Origin: Anthoceros angustus
Taxonomy: Eukaryota > Plantae > Anthocerotophyta
Assembly (NCBI GenBank): GCA_010909165.1
Contig: VJWM01000345.1
Location: 1 to 49,312 of the forward strand
Direction of reading: 5' to 3'
Length of the DNA stretch: 49,312 nt
Numbering within the stretch: the stretch's first letter is position 1; each line of letters opens with the position of its first letter. A model generated the notes under the pieces. That model searched no databases. It was not told the origin of the DNA and saw only the letters and a program-made list of their open reading frames with translations. This document shows positions 26,061 to 38,885 of this stretch, in pieces. Made by a program: the position numbers and the translations under genes.

Positions 26061-29000
26061 TCCATCATGGGATCGATTTGTCGTACAAACAAAGAAAGTA
26101 TTATGAAAATTTAACCGCTATTGAATGCCACGAGAACTAGTGACGTGAATCATTATGTAATCGGGTATGTTGAACTATTGAAAATGTTGAGTCCGCTTCT
26201 CCCACATTTGCTTGGGCGACACCCACAATAATAGGATCGGGAAAAGAGAAAAGCTGCTATGAAGATCGTTTGCTGTAAATAGAGGGATAAAATTTCTCGA
26301 ATATCTTCATAGATGTGATAGAGGACACACAAGTGTTCTTGCCTCCACCCCTATTGCATAACCCGCATGATTCTAGACTCCTTTGGTAGCTTAGGACATA
26401 GCCATCTATCCGCCTCAATTAAGACGTGAGACCGCGAAGATGACCTATAATCATCCTTAATTTAAAAGACACAAGTGCAAGGTAAAGAAGAACCTTTGGT
26501 TTCCCGACTGGATAAAATGCAAAACACTGCTTATAAGTGTCAAGCTAGGGGAATAAGGGAAAGAGAGGAGACCAAGTATAGGACAAGTATGTAGTCACCA
26601 AAATAAAGGCGGATGGACTTATTTGGAGGAGGTGGCAAGAAGGGGGATGGGCAAGACTCGGAAATCCAAATTTCGCAGACCATGAGCAAGATTGACCAAC
26701 AAGTCTTATTTCCGAGATGGCTAATTTCGGAGGACTGAATAGCAAGAAGAAGGTATGAGGGAGGGAGGTAGGATGATCCAATGAGCTTCTTCCAATGAAC
26801 AGAGGCGAGAAGAAGGTCAAGTTAAAATAGACCATCCAGCTCAAGCGGAATGTGGGAAACTCTGCAAGGAAGATGGGAAGGGGGACTGACCTCTTGCACG
26901 CAAGCGTGGGACGAAGAAAGGATGTCCGAACCTCCACCTTGCATCAATCGTCAGGAGAGAGGTACGGTCCCCAAAACTCCACTACACATAGCAAGGAACG
27001 ACGAACGTGTTGAATAACCATTGCCGAGTGGGGATGTCCTTGATGTGCATCCGAGAGCACCGTCTTGAACCCCACACGCCTGATGCACACACACCCGAGA
27101 ATCGTGAGGGGCAGAGCTTCACCAAGTGTTGGGCCATCAGTTCCACCCGTGTAGACATAGGATCAACCACAGTGCAAAGTGGAGGTGATGAGACTCCCCA
27201 GGTAAGGTAGGTTCGATCTTTCAAGCAATGACGACTTTGATAATCCATAAACACACTTGAAGAATCTGGATACAAATGACACACTTGCTTGATCGTGGTT
27301 TGTTACATACCGGCAGAGCCCTTAAGCCATCATGCCCTACAAGAGAAAGGTCAGATTATCGAGCAAAGTAATAAGTGAATGTGATAATGATGAGGTATTT
27401 GGAGAGAGAGAGTTATCGGCCTTGATGAAGTTTTGTAGTCCCCCTACTCGATGGCCGCTCCTCCACACCTAACCTTCCGGGTAGTCACTTCTCCCCTTGT
27501 AGCTTGTTGGATCACGGTCAACACAATTTTTCAGCACACACACACACTAGAAATCACGGATGCTGACATCTCTCATTCACACATATCCGAAACGACATGA
27601 CTGCGGGGACCACAAACAGATGCTGCGGAAGATTGGCTCCAAGTACCTAGCCTTGGCAATCAGGTGGTCTCCAACGGTGAAGTAGAATCTAAAGCTTCCT
27701 TAATCACATTGAGAGGAGTCACCCACTTATACACTACTACTTCGCTACACTACTAGCCAACTTGAGACGGACGAGACATACCTTCGCCACACACTTCTCA
27801 TCTTGATAAGTTACCCGCTACATTTTTCTCTAAGTTAATATAGGTGCTACAGCTTCTTTGGGTACAGACATGAGGAGAGATTTTTGGCGTCCTCCTTCTC
27901 TTTCGCTGTGTATGACGCAGGAGACTGAGATAAATTTATTTAAATAATAAAATTTAAATGATGAATTTAATTTTAATTTGAGTGTTATTTTCTCATGGTG
28001 TGTAGAGATATGGATTGTTGTGAAGCAATTTTCAAGTGGCATAAGTCATTGGTAAGATCATAGTTCAACATCATAACCCTAGACCCACTACAATGGAGTC
28101 TCTGTACTATGTTCTAGAATACATCTACACAATTATGTGAAGCAATGTCATCTTTTATTCTATGTCATCTAGGTCATTGGTAAGATCATACTTTACCACA
28201 AAAGCGCATGACCTACTTGTTTGCGAATAAATCTTATTGAAGACATATAATTTTACAGATTTGTTAAGAAGGGTGAGTGTACATATTAGGGGACGCTAAA
28301 ATGTGTGGGTCAAACACCTCATGTGAGATATGGATTAGGCATGAGATGAGTTATATAATTAATTTTGATTCTTGCTCTTCCTTATGCGTTTATTGAGACA
28401 ATGTCCTAGTCTAGTGCCCTCTTGAATAAATGACGTGGTTGGTCCATCTCGTTCACATATTTCCTTATGATAATGGCGTGATTGTCCTACTCACGCATAA
28501 CGATATTGTCCATATGTACATTGATATACAGGCCGAATAAGGAAGAAGAATCCCATGATGTTTTTTAGTTTGCGAATAATAAAGAAAAGTGCTATGATGC
28601 AATTTTTCCGTTTAGAATGTTATAAGGAGTATAGTCATTGTTTCTATAATTACGTTATGAACTTCCTTGCCAATTAAAAATCCTATATCGTAATCTTTTT
28701 AACTTATAATTGCAATATTTATTTGTTTTTTACAATATAATCATATATCTACAATAATACTACCATGTCTTTAAAACTTACAACCATATTTCATATGCAA
28801 ATTATGCTTAAAATAAACTACCTAGACCTACAGGCCTAGCGGCCTAAGGCCTAAGGCTCTCGACCTCGGTCCCAGTCTCCGACCCTGTCCTCCCTCCTGG
28901 CCTTGGTCACGGTCTTCGACTATGTAAAAACACGTTAAGGACCTGTAGTCGGCGAAGTTATCGGTCTTGGTCCCTGGTTTTTCTCGAGGACTGACAGTCC

Positions 29001-29113
29001 AGTAAAGTGACGGTCCAAAACTAAATCAATGGATCATGTCATGATCCATAATTGATATTTTATATAAGTATATTAATTTCGAACTATATATTAGGGAGAG
29101 ATGATCCCTAATA

Positions 29114-30619
29114 TGATCGCACGCCTCGGCGTGCCGCATCCCTCGGCGGTCAGCTCAACCGGCCGCCCGAGTTATGCTGACCTCCCGGGAGGCGGGTATG
29201 CTTTGACCTCCCTAAGTGGCTTCTTAGTAGGTTTTGTTTTTTTTTGTGGTAGTTTGGTGTGCTAAATAGGGGAAGCTTGGATGGGCTTACTAGGCCAAAC
29301 TCTCACGGTGGCTTGATAACTTTCATGGGCGAGCGGACGGAGGAAGTCAGGAGGTGGTGGCAAGAAGACAAGTCTGGAGGAATGGACCGTAATTAGAGAA
29401 GGAAGGATCCGTGGATGACAAGCAGGCTAGCCTGATCGGGACCACAGACTCGCAAGAAACGTCATTAAGGTCAGCGGCGTTCTGACCCAGACATGTATCG
29501 TAGGGTAGGGGCGTGAAAGTGCAGTACGAGATGCAAGTGGACGGCAATTGCTGGACGTAAAAGGATACGTTCCCGCGCGGCGATTACGCTCACCATGCTG
29601 CAACTAGGAGGAAGAAGTCACCGACTTCAGTATCTTGTAGTTTTCTCGCGCCCCTTATGCACCACCGCTCTTTGGTGCTCACTCTTCAAGCGCTCAAGCA
29701 CGGTCCATCACATGATGCACCGAAGCTCAGGCGCCCACCACTCCTCACAACCAACCCTGAGTGGTGAAGGAGGAGGTGGCCAGCAAGGCTTTCTCCCGAA
29801 AGCAAACACCACTGACAGCGGGATGAGGCGAAGGCGATGGCTGAAAGCCCTTGGCCCATTGGACCCGGTGGAGAAGAACATCACTAGCAAGCGCTACGAC
29901 TTGGGGCCATGGCTAAAGGAAGTGGAGAACATGCGGGAGTGGCACTGGATGTATTCGGACCTCTACGACGGTGGCGTTGGTCAGAATGCCGGAAGCTCTC
30001 TGGCGGTGGTAAATAAGACCGTCGCTCCAAGAGCTCATGGAGGATCCCAATGATGGATGGTAGAAGCGCTCCCGACGGTGTACAATCGCCCGATGGAGGA
30101 GATAGGGGGAATATTGCCGGAACGGCTCCGGGGCAAGGAGAAGCTGGAGGTAGCCAAGGCAATGCTCTTGAGAGTGAACGCACAAAGGTCCTCCAATAGA
30201 TGGTTGATGTCGGACCTAAAGGACCAGCGAGTCAGGGTCGTCGCGAAGGTTATTATCCACTGGACCATGCTGACCGAGGTGAACTATCTGAGAGACAACC
30301 TTCAGGTATTTCTGCATGCGCCCATGAGGGGCAAGCGGGCGGACTGGGGGCGTATCACTTTCGCTCGGGTAGATTAGGAGGCGGGGAAGCGCACTAAGCG
30401 ACCTCCGTGTGACTATCCCTTCATCCCGCATGTCTGGGGCACAACCTCCTCAAGGAGGGCGAGGAGAACGCGCTCGGCTAAGGCTAACCCCACTCGCCCA
30501 TGGCAAGAGATGAGGAGGAACAGAGAACAACGCTTAGGCAAGAAATGGGATACAGAGAGTTGAGCAAGAGAGGGCATTCCACGCCATCCACTGGAATGGA
30601 TTCTCTTCCCAAGGGAAAT
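29114..30619 (+). mobile_element. Left part of an older LTR-like element related to the long-LTR Gypsy family (target of the nested insertion)
   Basis: Abrupt GC increase at ~29114. TAGGTTTTGTTTTTTTTTGTGG at ~29227 resembles the LTR 5' region at ~30652. ORFs 29595..30053 and 30057..30377 are homologous to the LTR-borne frame. Confidence 0.65.
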
Positions 30620-31015
30620 TGTGGACTACGGACTTCCTTGGGGGCTAGGAAATAGGTGGTTTTGTTTTTTTGTAGAAGCGAAGGATAAAATGAGGCTAAA
30701 AGGGGGAAATAAGCATGGATAGCACTGACGCACGAGTATACTCCGACCGGAGTGAGGAACGACCGACCTACTATGGCGCGCCAGTAACGGGATAAGTCCG
30801 GACCCACCTGTGACCGTGCAGATAAGTACGCGAAAAGTAACTTAGAGTTGAGCCGAGGACGACCAGCGACGCCACGTGGCCACCGAGTGGAGGACGGCAT
30901 GCACCGCCAGATCAGAATTTTGCTGAGGCCGAGCAGGTGTATTCACGCCCGCGCCGCGGCGTAGGCACGCGTGAAGGCCGCAGTACGCGGCGGGCCGAGG
31001 CAAGAGGTCGTGCCA

Positions 31016-33920
31016 TGCACTGCGCATGCTGTGGAAGAGGCGCCCCGCCAGTTACTCCGGGCCAAGGAAGGTCTCACCGCACCGAGACACCGCGATCTCG
31101 CGCCCGCAACCCGCTCGCGTATCTCGGACACTCAGACGCCCGCGCTCACCGCTGAGGTTGGAGCAACGCGAAGGCGGCGAACGTGCCGCCTCCTCAAGCG
31201 GCTGAACCAAGGGAGGAGAAGGCGATGGCACCCAAAAGCGAAGTTTGGGAGCCATGGAACCTTGTGGAGCGCAACATTGTGACTCCGCTATCCGGACTTT
31301 GGGCCCCGCCCAGGAAGCGTGAGAATTGGCAGGAGTGGCATTTGGATGTGTTCCGATGGTCCGACATCGACAGTCACCGTCCGGAGTTCGCCCGAAGATG
31401 CCGGGCGGGCACAATAAGGAGGTGCGGTCCAAGAACCTCCGGAGGACCCAAGGCGATGGACCTTGAGGTCCCGAGGGCGCCTACAACCGCCCAAAGGAGG
31501 AAGAAGGGGAGGGTGCCGAGCCCTCAAGGCGCGGGGAAGATAGGGCCGCCACAGCGCATGCCGAGGCTCGACGCGACCACCACCAACTATCGACATCCGA
31601 CCGCTGGACGAGTAAGGGCGGTAGCCCGATCATTGTCCATCGAACTCCACCAAGGTGGATCACCTTGGTGATAACTGCTGGTATTCCCCGCATGCGCTGC
31701 ATGGGGAAGAGGGCTGGGAAGGATTATTTTCGCCTGCTTAGCCAGAGGCTCAAGCTCTGGACCGAGAAGCCTCGCCATCTGGGCCGCCCCATACCGATCC
31801 ATGTATGGGGGCATTTCGAGCTCCTCAAGGAAGGAGAGCTTGAGCGAGCGCCCGGAAAGGACCGAGGCCCCGCCAAGTGGAGCGGGCAAGGGCGCCGAGG
31901 GAGGAGGCCGATCGTCAAGGCCAAACGGACCCGGAGGAGGACGATCGGGATTCTGACTCCATACGCCCTGAACGGACCCCTCACCACCTGTGGAAGTATG
32001 GAAGAAATTCCCGCCTCCTCCTCCGTGCCCCAACCAGCACCACCAGCAGAAGCCCCGACCCCAGCGCCACCACCACCCACGAGGAGCCCCACGGACTGTG
32101 AGGGAGCCAAGAGACGCAAGACCACTACCAACGCTGCACCTCGACGGTGCCAAGACTCACCCCCCGCCTACCTGAGTGGCAAGAAGGAGGAAGAAGGAGG
32201 GCGAAAGGGACGCCGCCAGAGTGGGAGGACACCGGCAACTGCACTCGAGCCGGGTCCCGCCGCCTGTGAAGGGCAAAAGGCTTGCTCCCATTCTCACCTC
32301 CTCCGAGCCCTGTGAGAAAAGGGCTGAGAAGGAGCTCGCCAAAGGCCAAGGAGGGTGAAGCTCCGAGCCAAGACTGTGACCTAAGGGTCCCGATTAGGTC
32401 CGGAACCCACCGACTTACTGACAATGGTATGGAGGTCCTGATCGGAAATGCCGGCCCCGCCACGGACTTTGTGGGAGCCTCACGCCGTGGAAGAAACACG
32501 GGTCCTGCTACTGCCATGGATTTGTATGCTGGGGTCTGGATGGCCGAGAAGACCTGTGGAGGTAGAAGCCACCCGAGGCGCATGGTACTCCTCCAGTGAG
32601 CAGCTGAGGGGCCCAGGAGGCAGAAGGAAGGCCAAGCTCGGCCGGATTGAGGAGGGAAACGCCGGAGGCCGAGAGGGAGGTCCGTCCATCCGCAAGGACC
32701 GGACTAAATTCCTTCACCGGAGGAGCACAAGCAGCCAAGGAGGCCCAAGCGGGCGAGGACCTCCGCAGCAGGGGCGAGCGCAGCAGAAGCGGACGCCCGG
32801 GCGCAAGCGTAACGGGCGCGGACCCGCGAGGCATGATCGACCAGAGCCGTCGAGAGGCTGTGAAGGTGGCCAAGGAGGCGAGGCCACGCGGTACGATCGC
32901 GATCACTATCGGCGTGATCGAACCGTGGAGGGAGGCGGCCGAGAGCCACGCCAATCAAGGCCGAGCAGTGGCGGCTGAGCACGACGAGCCGCGAAACACT
33001 GAGGCCAAGACCCGGAAATCGGGGACCCTGTGGCAAAGGAGGTAGAAGGAGGCGGTGGAGTTGGAGGACAAGAAGGACACCTTGGAGTTACAACCCAAGA
33101 CGCTGGCTTGAGCAAAGGAATTCTCAATGAGAATCCAGACTTCGAGTGAGATAGAGCGCCCACCGCCTCAAGATGGAGCAGAGGTGGCAAGCAAGACGCC
33201 AGCTGCCAAGAAGTTCGCGGGAGATGGAGGATCCTGACTCAGCCCGGAGGTGGAGCAAGAAGGCGGAGATGGAGGACCGCAAGGAGACTTTGAGCCGCAG
33301 CCCAAACTATCATTGAGAGGAATGGTAGTTCAGGACATGGTCGCGAACCGGAAATAGAGCTGCCGCTGGCGGAGCGAAGGCGATGGAACAGGAGCAGACG
33401 CCGAGATGGAGAAGGGCCTGGGCGAAGCCGCAGTGCCCGACCGTCTGAGCGAGATGGCGAGTTAATGTAATGGACAAAGAGGCGAGGGCCGGAAGCGCAA
33501 GAAGTCAGTCCACCGAGGAAGTCGGAAGGGAACGCGCTATGGCGGGCAAGTCACAATGAACCAAGTTGGCAGTGGAGCAACAATGACATCATGAGGTGAC
33601 CGAGGCAGCCTGGCACCATGAGAAGCCTGCCCATTTATCAAACTCGGGAGGTGGAGCAACAAGCGGGCAATGCCTCCCCGAGCACCTATGGCAAGGGAGT
33701 ACGGTGCCCACACGTGGAAGAGGCAATCCAAGAAGTGGATTCGACTTTGCCTATTACCACACCGAGCTCCCTGGCCAGAGGCCTCCGCAAATAGACGGAC
33801 CGGAAGGCCCTGAGGGGAAGAAGGGCACGGGACAAAGACAGGACCCTAGGGGCCCTGCTTGGAGACGACGGCAACAAGGAGAGGAGCCCCAAGAGGAGCG
33901 GACGCAATGGACCCTCAAGG
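31016..33920 (+). CDS. Putative long protein-coding frame inside U3 of the LTR (frameshifted in this sequence; second copy ~39264-42205), function unknown
   Basis: Piecewise ORFs give a Trp-rich domain (WEPWNLVERNIVT, ENWQEWH, GKRADW), a Pro-rich linker, an E/K/Q/A-rich coiled-coil-like stretch and FAYYHTEL. These motifs are conserved in the diverged flanking element. Ends are approximate. Confidence 0.6.
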
Positions 33921-34512
33921 TAAGTTCACCACCACCCGATCCCGAGAAGGGGGGTGAGGGCCCGAAGGGGTGCAGAGGAGGAGCCAACCCAACCAAGACA
34001 AGGGTCGGGGTAAGGAGGAGGACCTAGCAAGACGAGGTCCAGTGAAAGGGGTCCGAGTTTGGGACCGGACCAATAAGTTCGACGAGGTCCGAACCCCGAG
34101 ACGAGGCCGACCCACCCACGGACTGAAATAAGCCGACTGGAGTTCGTGCCGAGTCGAGACTGACCTCGAGGTCCGACTCAAGAAGGAGGAGCCCCTCGAC
34201 TTACGCTGGGAGAGGATAGCGGTGGCCCCACCGAGGGGACCCATGGGGAGGCTGGGGAGGATGACGGTGGTAACGGGCGGCCACGCCGCCCAACCCGGCT
34301 GTGATTCCGGGAGAGGAGGGTCCCGCGGATCATCCGATTGCGCGCCGCAAATCGTGACGGAGAGATTGGACCACCAATCCCAAGGCGGAACTGGACCTTC
34401 CCACCCACCGCCGCGAAGGAGATAGGGGAGGAATAGGATGGTAGGCGGCCGATTAGGCATACCGAAATGGGCCACCGTAATAGGGGTGTAATAAAGACGC
34501 CGACCGGCGTAG

Positions 34513-34537
34513 TATAAGAGGGTCACGCCTCAATAAA
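34513..34537 (+). promoter_or_regulatory. Candidate LTR TATA box (TATAAG) and downstream AATAAA
   Basis: GTATAAGAGGG...CAATAAATC lies ~550 bp before the LTR end and is conserved in the 3' LTR (~42765-42788). Confidence 0.45.
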
Positions 34538-35070
34538 TCATCTTTCTTGGTGTTGATGCCGCTCTGCGCACCTTGTGTGTCTTCTTGCTAACGTGAGTCC
34601 CGAGTCACCGAAAGGTAACGACCGGGAGGGATTGATCAGGTCCCGTGACGGACCTAACGTGGTGGTGTGTGGAAGGGTGATCGGGACCTGCTCGCCCAGA
34701 GCCGCGCCCAACGGACCGGAACGTGAGCCGAGGGACTCGGAGGGCGGCAGAGCCCGGACGAGAGGCCAGAACGGAGGAGGTCCGGATCGTAACCCGCCTT
34801 CCTTAAGACCGATAAGTGTAGTGTGAGTGGAGAGAGGAGGACGAGGTGTGAGAGACGAACGTGAACGAAACGGACGCGAACGGTCCTTAAACGCTTGGCC
34901 ATACCGGCTGCATGTTTGTCACGGTAGTTAGACGTGAGTGCGGGACCGAAAAAGTGAGACAAGAATCACTCAAACGCCGTAAACGGAGCTCGCTATTCCT
35001 TTGGGAACGAACTCTTCCTACAACGACACGGATTGTGCGCGCCGGGTCGCCGCAAAAGTCGCGCACATTT

Positions 35071-35088
35071 TGGCGCCTGCTGGGAATG
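35071..35088 (+). promoter_or_regulatory. Primer binding site (TGGCGCC...)
   Basis: TGGCGCCTGCTGGGAAT begins 3 nt after the LTR-terminal CA; TGGCGCC-type PBSs are typical of Athila/Tat elements. The priming tRNA cannot be identified by eye. Confidence 0.75.
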
Positions 35089-35589
35089 AAATCGCCCGAG
35101 CAAGCGGATGCGTGAGGACGAGGTAGTTAAGGACGACCATCGAGAGTCGGACGCCAGATCGCCGAAGGCCCAGCGCAGTACGTGAGAGACGACGAGCTCG
35201 AGGAGGTCACCAACCCACGTAAGCGCTGCAAGGAGGACGAAGTTAACCGGCAGCCGCTGTAAGAAGTAGCCAACCAAGCCACCAGAAATGGCAGGAGAAG
35301 CGGATCACCTAAGGCAACACCAGCTTCACCGGATGTGGTCCGAGAAGTGAGAGATGCTTGTGAAGAACCGGCAGACCGGCGGTCCGACCACCAAAGGGCG
35401 GCAAACGCTGAAGGGTCAAGGCGATGCGGACAAAGAAGAACCACCCGGCCTTTCAAGGTGGCCGACTTGATGATGGACCAACAACACTTGGTGTCCCTCG
35501 TGCGCTTGTTAAAAGACAACCCGGTATCGGCGAAGTCCGGAGGGCCATGTGGAAACGCAACCACACGGAACTCCTTGGCCCTAAGGGCA

Positions 35590-38500
35590 AGAACGGGAGG
35601 TAAGAGTAGTATCTCATACGGACCGGGCGCCAGCAGTGGAAATTGCGGGTGTGTATTAAAACGTGCCTCGGGGGGGAGGAACCTCATCACCGAGGCCACC
35701 GCAAGACGGCCGGGTTCACCACCTTCGAGCCATCCACCAAAACCCTCGTGATGGCGGATATGTCGCGCGGGCGCGCGCCGGGGAGTTGTCCGAGTCCAAG
35801 CCACCATAGCGGGAGCCCCTATACATTAGATTTCGTCGCCACGACCTCCGGGTATGAGGTCCTGCTCGGCCTTGGCCGACTCGCCGCATAAAAACTACAC
35901 TGACTAAGGAAATACACCAAGCTGGACTGGGATCCAAGGTGAGGAAGGACGGTAGCGACACCGGAGTAAGGACACATACGTGGTGAAACCACAAGACCAG
36001 AGGGTACACCTCCGTCAAGACAAGGGGACGATGAGCGAGGATACGAATGAGGACTACCTTTCCCAAAATCTCGGGTCAAGAAGAAATGGACTATCGAGGG
36101 ACACCTTTGGAGCAGGTGATCAGCCCAAGTGGAAGTCATGGAGGACAACAAAGGGTGAACCCTCCTGATGAGGAGGACCAAGAAGTAACTGCTCACCTCG
36201 GACGAACTCTTCCGAGAATGGGGATGCGTGAAGATGAACCGCTAGAGGATGATGGCTTTGGGCGAGGAAGCGAGGGAAAGAGAGACTCAACCCCGACGAT
36301 GTGGAAGATGGAGGTTCGCCCAGTGAAATTCCTAAAATTCGCAAGGTATGCCGGAGTTAAACAAGACCTCACCATTGTTGGGGAATTCAGCGAGGTGTTC
36401 TCAAGGTCACGACATGAAGGGCATTCAAACAAAATAACACCGGATAGATCTGAAGCCGAGCGTGCCTGCTCGATTAGGCAAGATAAATCAATCCCAAGCA
36501 CTCGCCAAGGTCAAGGAAGTCCCGGATAAGTATCCGGAAGCGACATCATCTTCCCAATCGTGAATAGGAGTGGGTGGCGCCCATTGTGTCGTGTCAAGAA
36601 GCAAAGCAGGAGATTCGGGTCCGTCAGATCGGAGAAAGCTTAACGCCGCCACGAAAAGGACCATTTCCCATGCCCTTTGTGGACGATACATCGACAAGGT
36701 GGCGTGACGAGTACCTACTCCTTCTTGACGGCCATCTGCCACAACCAGCACCTAAGGGAGTGACCGATAAGACAACATTCACCACGGAGTGGGGACGCTT
36801 GCCTACAAACGGTGCCTTCGGATGACAGAGCACCCGGATCATTTATGCGGATGGTGACCAACGCCTTCCGGAATTCCGAGGGACTTCATGGAGGTGTTCT
36901 TGACGACTGTGCTGACGAGAGGAGGACAAACACGTGGACATTTGAAGTGTTTGGAACGATGTAGGAGACTCAACTGCCTCGCATCCGAGAAATGCTACTG
37001 CATGACATGAGGGAATCTTGTTGGGGCACCGCGTCGGCAAGAGGGATAGAGGTGGACCAAGACAAGGTGAAAGTCATCCACCTCGCCCGCACCAACGAAC
37101 TTGAAGGAGTTACGGGATTCATGGTGGGTTACTATAGGCGCATCCAAGATTTTGCAAAGGGCCTGCTAACAGAGCTACTCAGAAGGAGGAGGAATGGACC
37201 CGACGCCAGAGAGGAGGCGGCATTCAGAGACCTCTGCACCACTGCCGCCCCAAAGACTAAAAGGACCGGACCGGGGAAGCGATTCCATGTGTATGGATGT
37301 GTCACCCATCGAGTAGTGCTCACCAAAAGATGATAAACGGAGGGATCACCCAATCTACTACGCTGAAGACCACGACGCGAACGGAGGTACACTACTACGG
37401 AGCGAGAGGCATTGGGAATGGTATACGCTAAGAAATTCACTACCTTCAACGCGAGTTTTATGTTGATCACTAAGCACTTGGTGAACAAGGCCGACTTGTC
37501 GACGGATTGGTGAGGTGGATTCACAGGAGTTCACATTTGAGGTGGAGACTAGGCAAGGCAACACCAAAACGCGACTTCTTGTCCGTTAAAGACGAGCCCG
37601 CAGGATCAAGAGGACGCCTTCCGGATGAGGAATTGGTGGCGCGATAGAGGAGGAAGAGGAGCACAAACAAACCCTAAGCCGGGGATGGACCCACGGCAGG
37701 CGGAGAAGGGAGCGACGGGCGGCCTCTGCGCGGAGTTGAACGGCACCTATGGGAGATGGAGCTACCAAACGAATCGAACCGGGTCCAGCCAGCCTTTGTG
37801 CACTACGCCGCCTTTTCTTGTATATAACGGTTGCATCTTTAAGGATGGCGGAACGAAGGTACCCAACAAAGTGAAACGGAGGTGGTAATAAAGGGATGCA
37901 CGGGACTAGGTGGTGGACATTATCAGCAGTCACCACCAAGAAAATCTTGAGGTCGGGTACGTGGCCCACCATGTATGGGGAAACACACCAATTGTGAAGA
38001 AGTGTGATGCTTGTCAGATCGGAAGCCGATCGCCACAACCAATGGCCGTTAGTGCCCATACTAGCACTAGCGCCTTTTGAGAAGTGGGCATCGATCGCTG
38101 GACCCATACACCAACGACGAGGCACACACAAAGCGTACATCTTGGTGGCAACGATCATCGCACCTGTGGGAAGCGCTAGAACGGACCGCGAGCACGGTGG
38201 CCAAATTCCTCACGAAAACATCATCACAAGGTACGGGTGTCCGCTGTACCGTAAGCGATCGGGAACCCATTTCCTCAATGATGTGATAACCGCAATGACG
38301 GACTATTTCGCATCACACATCGAAACGCCCCTACAACCAAGGCCAACGACCGACGGAGAAGACCAATGGACTTATCCGCCGATCCTCAATAAGCTTACGG
38401 TTAACTATGCGCACGATCGATACAAAGTCGCCATCGCATGGGCGCTCGTAACGGCAGAAGGTAACCACGCAACGAACTCAGACATTCTTATGGGCACTCA

Positions 38501-38850
38501 CCCGTTATGCCGGTAGAGTTTGAGGTGCCAACACCCGGCCGTCATGGAAAGGCGCTTAACGGATGAAGAGAGCCAACCGGAGCGTTGCTAGGGTTTGTGC
38601 AAGACACGGGACCGGGAAGAGGCGTAACAAAATGCAATCGTACGTAATCAACGCAACTATGGCATGACGTTTTAATCGTGGAGTATGTGAAGGAGGGAGA
38701 TCCGCCTCCTTACGACATATGCACTTCCTGTAAACTACGATGGATGGGACCTTACCAAGTCGTCGTATACGCCAATGGGTCCGCTCACCGGCAGCTTGGA
38801 TGGTGAACGCCCACTGGTGAACGGGTGGCGGTGAAAAGTACTGACGCTTA
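35590..38850 (+). pseudogene. Gypsy pol (protease, RT, RNase H, integrase), heavily frameshifted in this sequence
   Basis: Protease NLITEATARR..FEPSTKTLVMAD..YTLDFV..YEVLLG; RT KLNAAT.KDHFPMPFVDD, YSFLDG, DKTTFTTEWG; GIEVDQDKVKVI, VGYYRR; integrase KILRSGTWPTMY, PFEKW, AYILVAT, ENIITRYGCP, GTHFLNDVI. Confidence 0.9.
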
Positions 38851-38872
38851 GTGTTGGCGAGACGCCAACAGT

Positions 38873-38883
38873 GAGAAGGGGAG
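38873..38883 (+). promoter_or_regulatory. Polypurine tract
   Basis: GAGAAGGGGAG lies 2 nt before the TG that starts the 3' LTR. Confidence 0.75.
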
Positions 38884-38885
38884 TA

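Larger units (their letters stand above)
30620..35067 (+). repeat. 5' LTR (4448 bp)
   Basis: Starts TGTGGACTACGGACT, ends GTCGCGCACA, is followed by the PBS, and is collinear with 38886-43331. Confidence 0.85.

Noticed and set aside
26100-27850. Degraded retroelement
   Set aside because: Composition is suggestive, but no diagnostic domain or terminus could be identified with confidence.
29089-29114. Small inverted repeat TATTAGGGA...TCCCTAATA at the outer element boundary as a functional signal
   Set aside because: Short, single instance, and plausible by chance.
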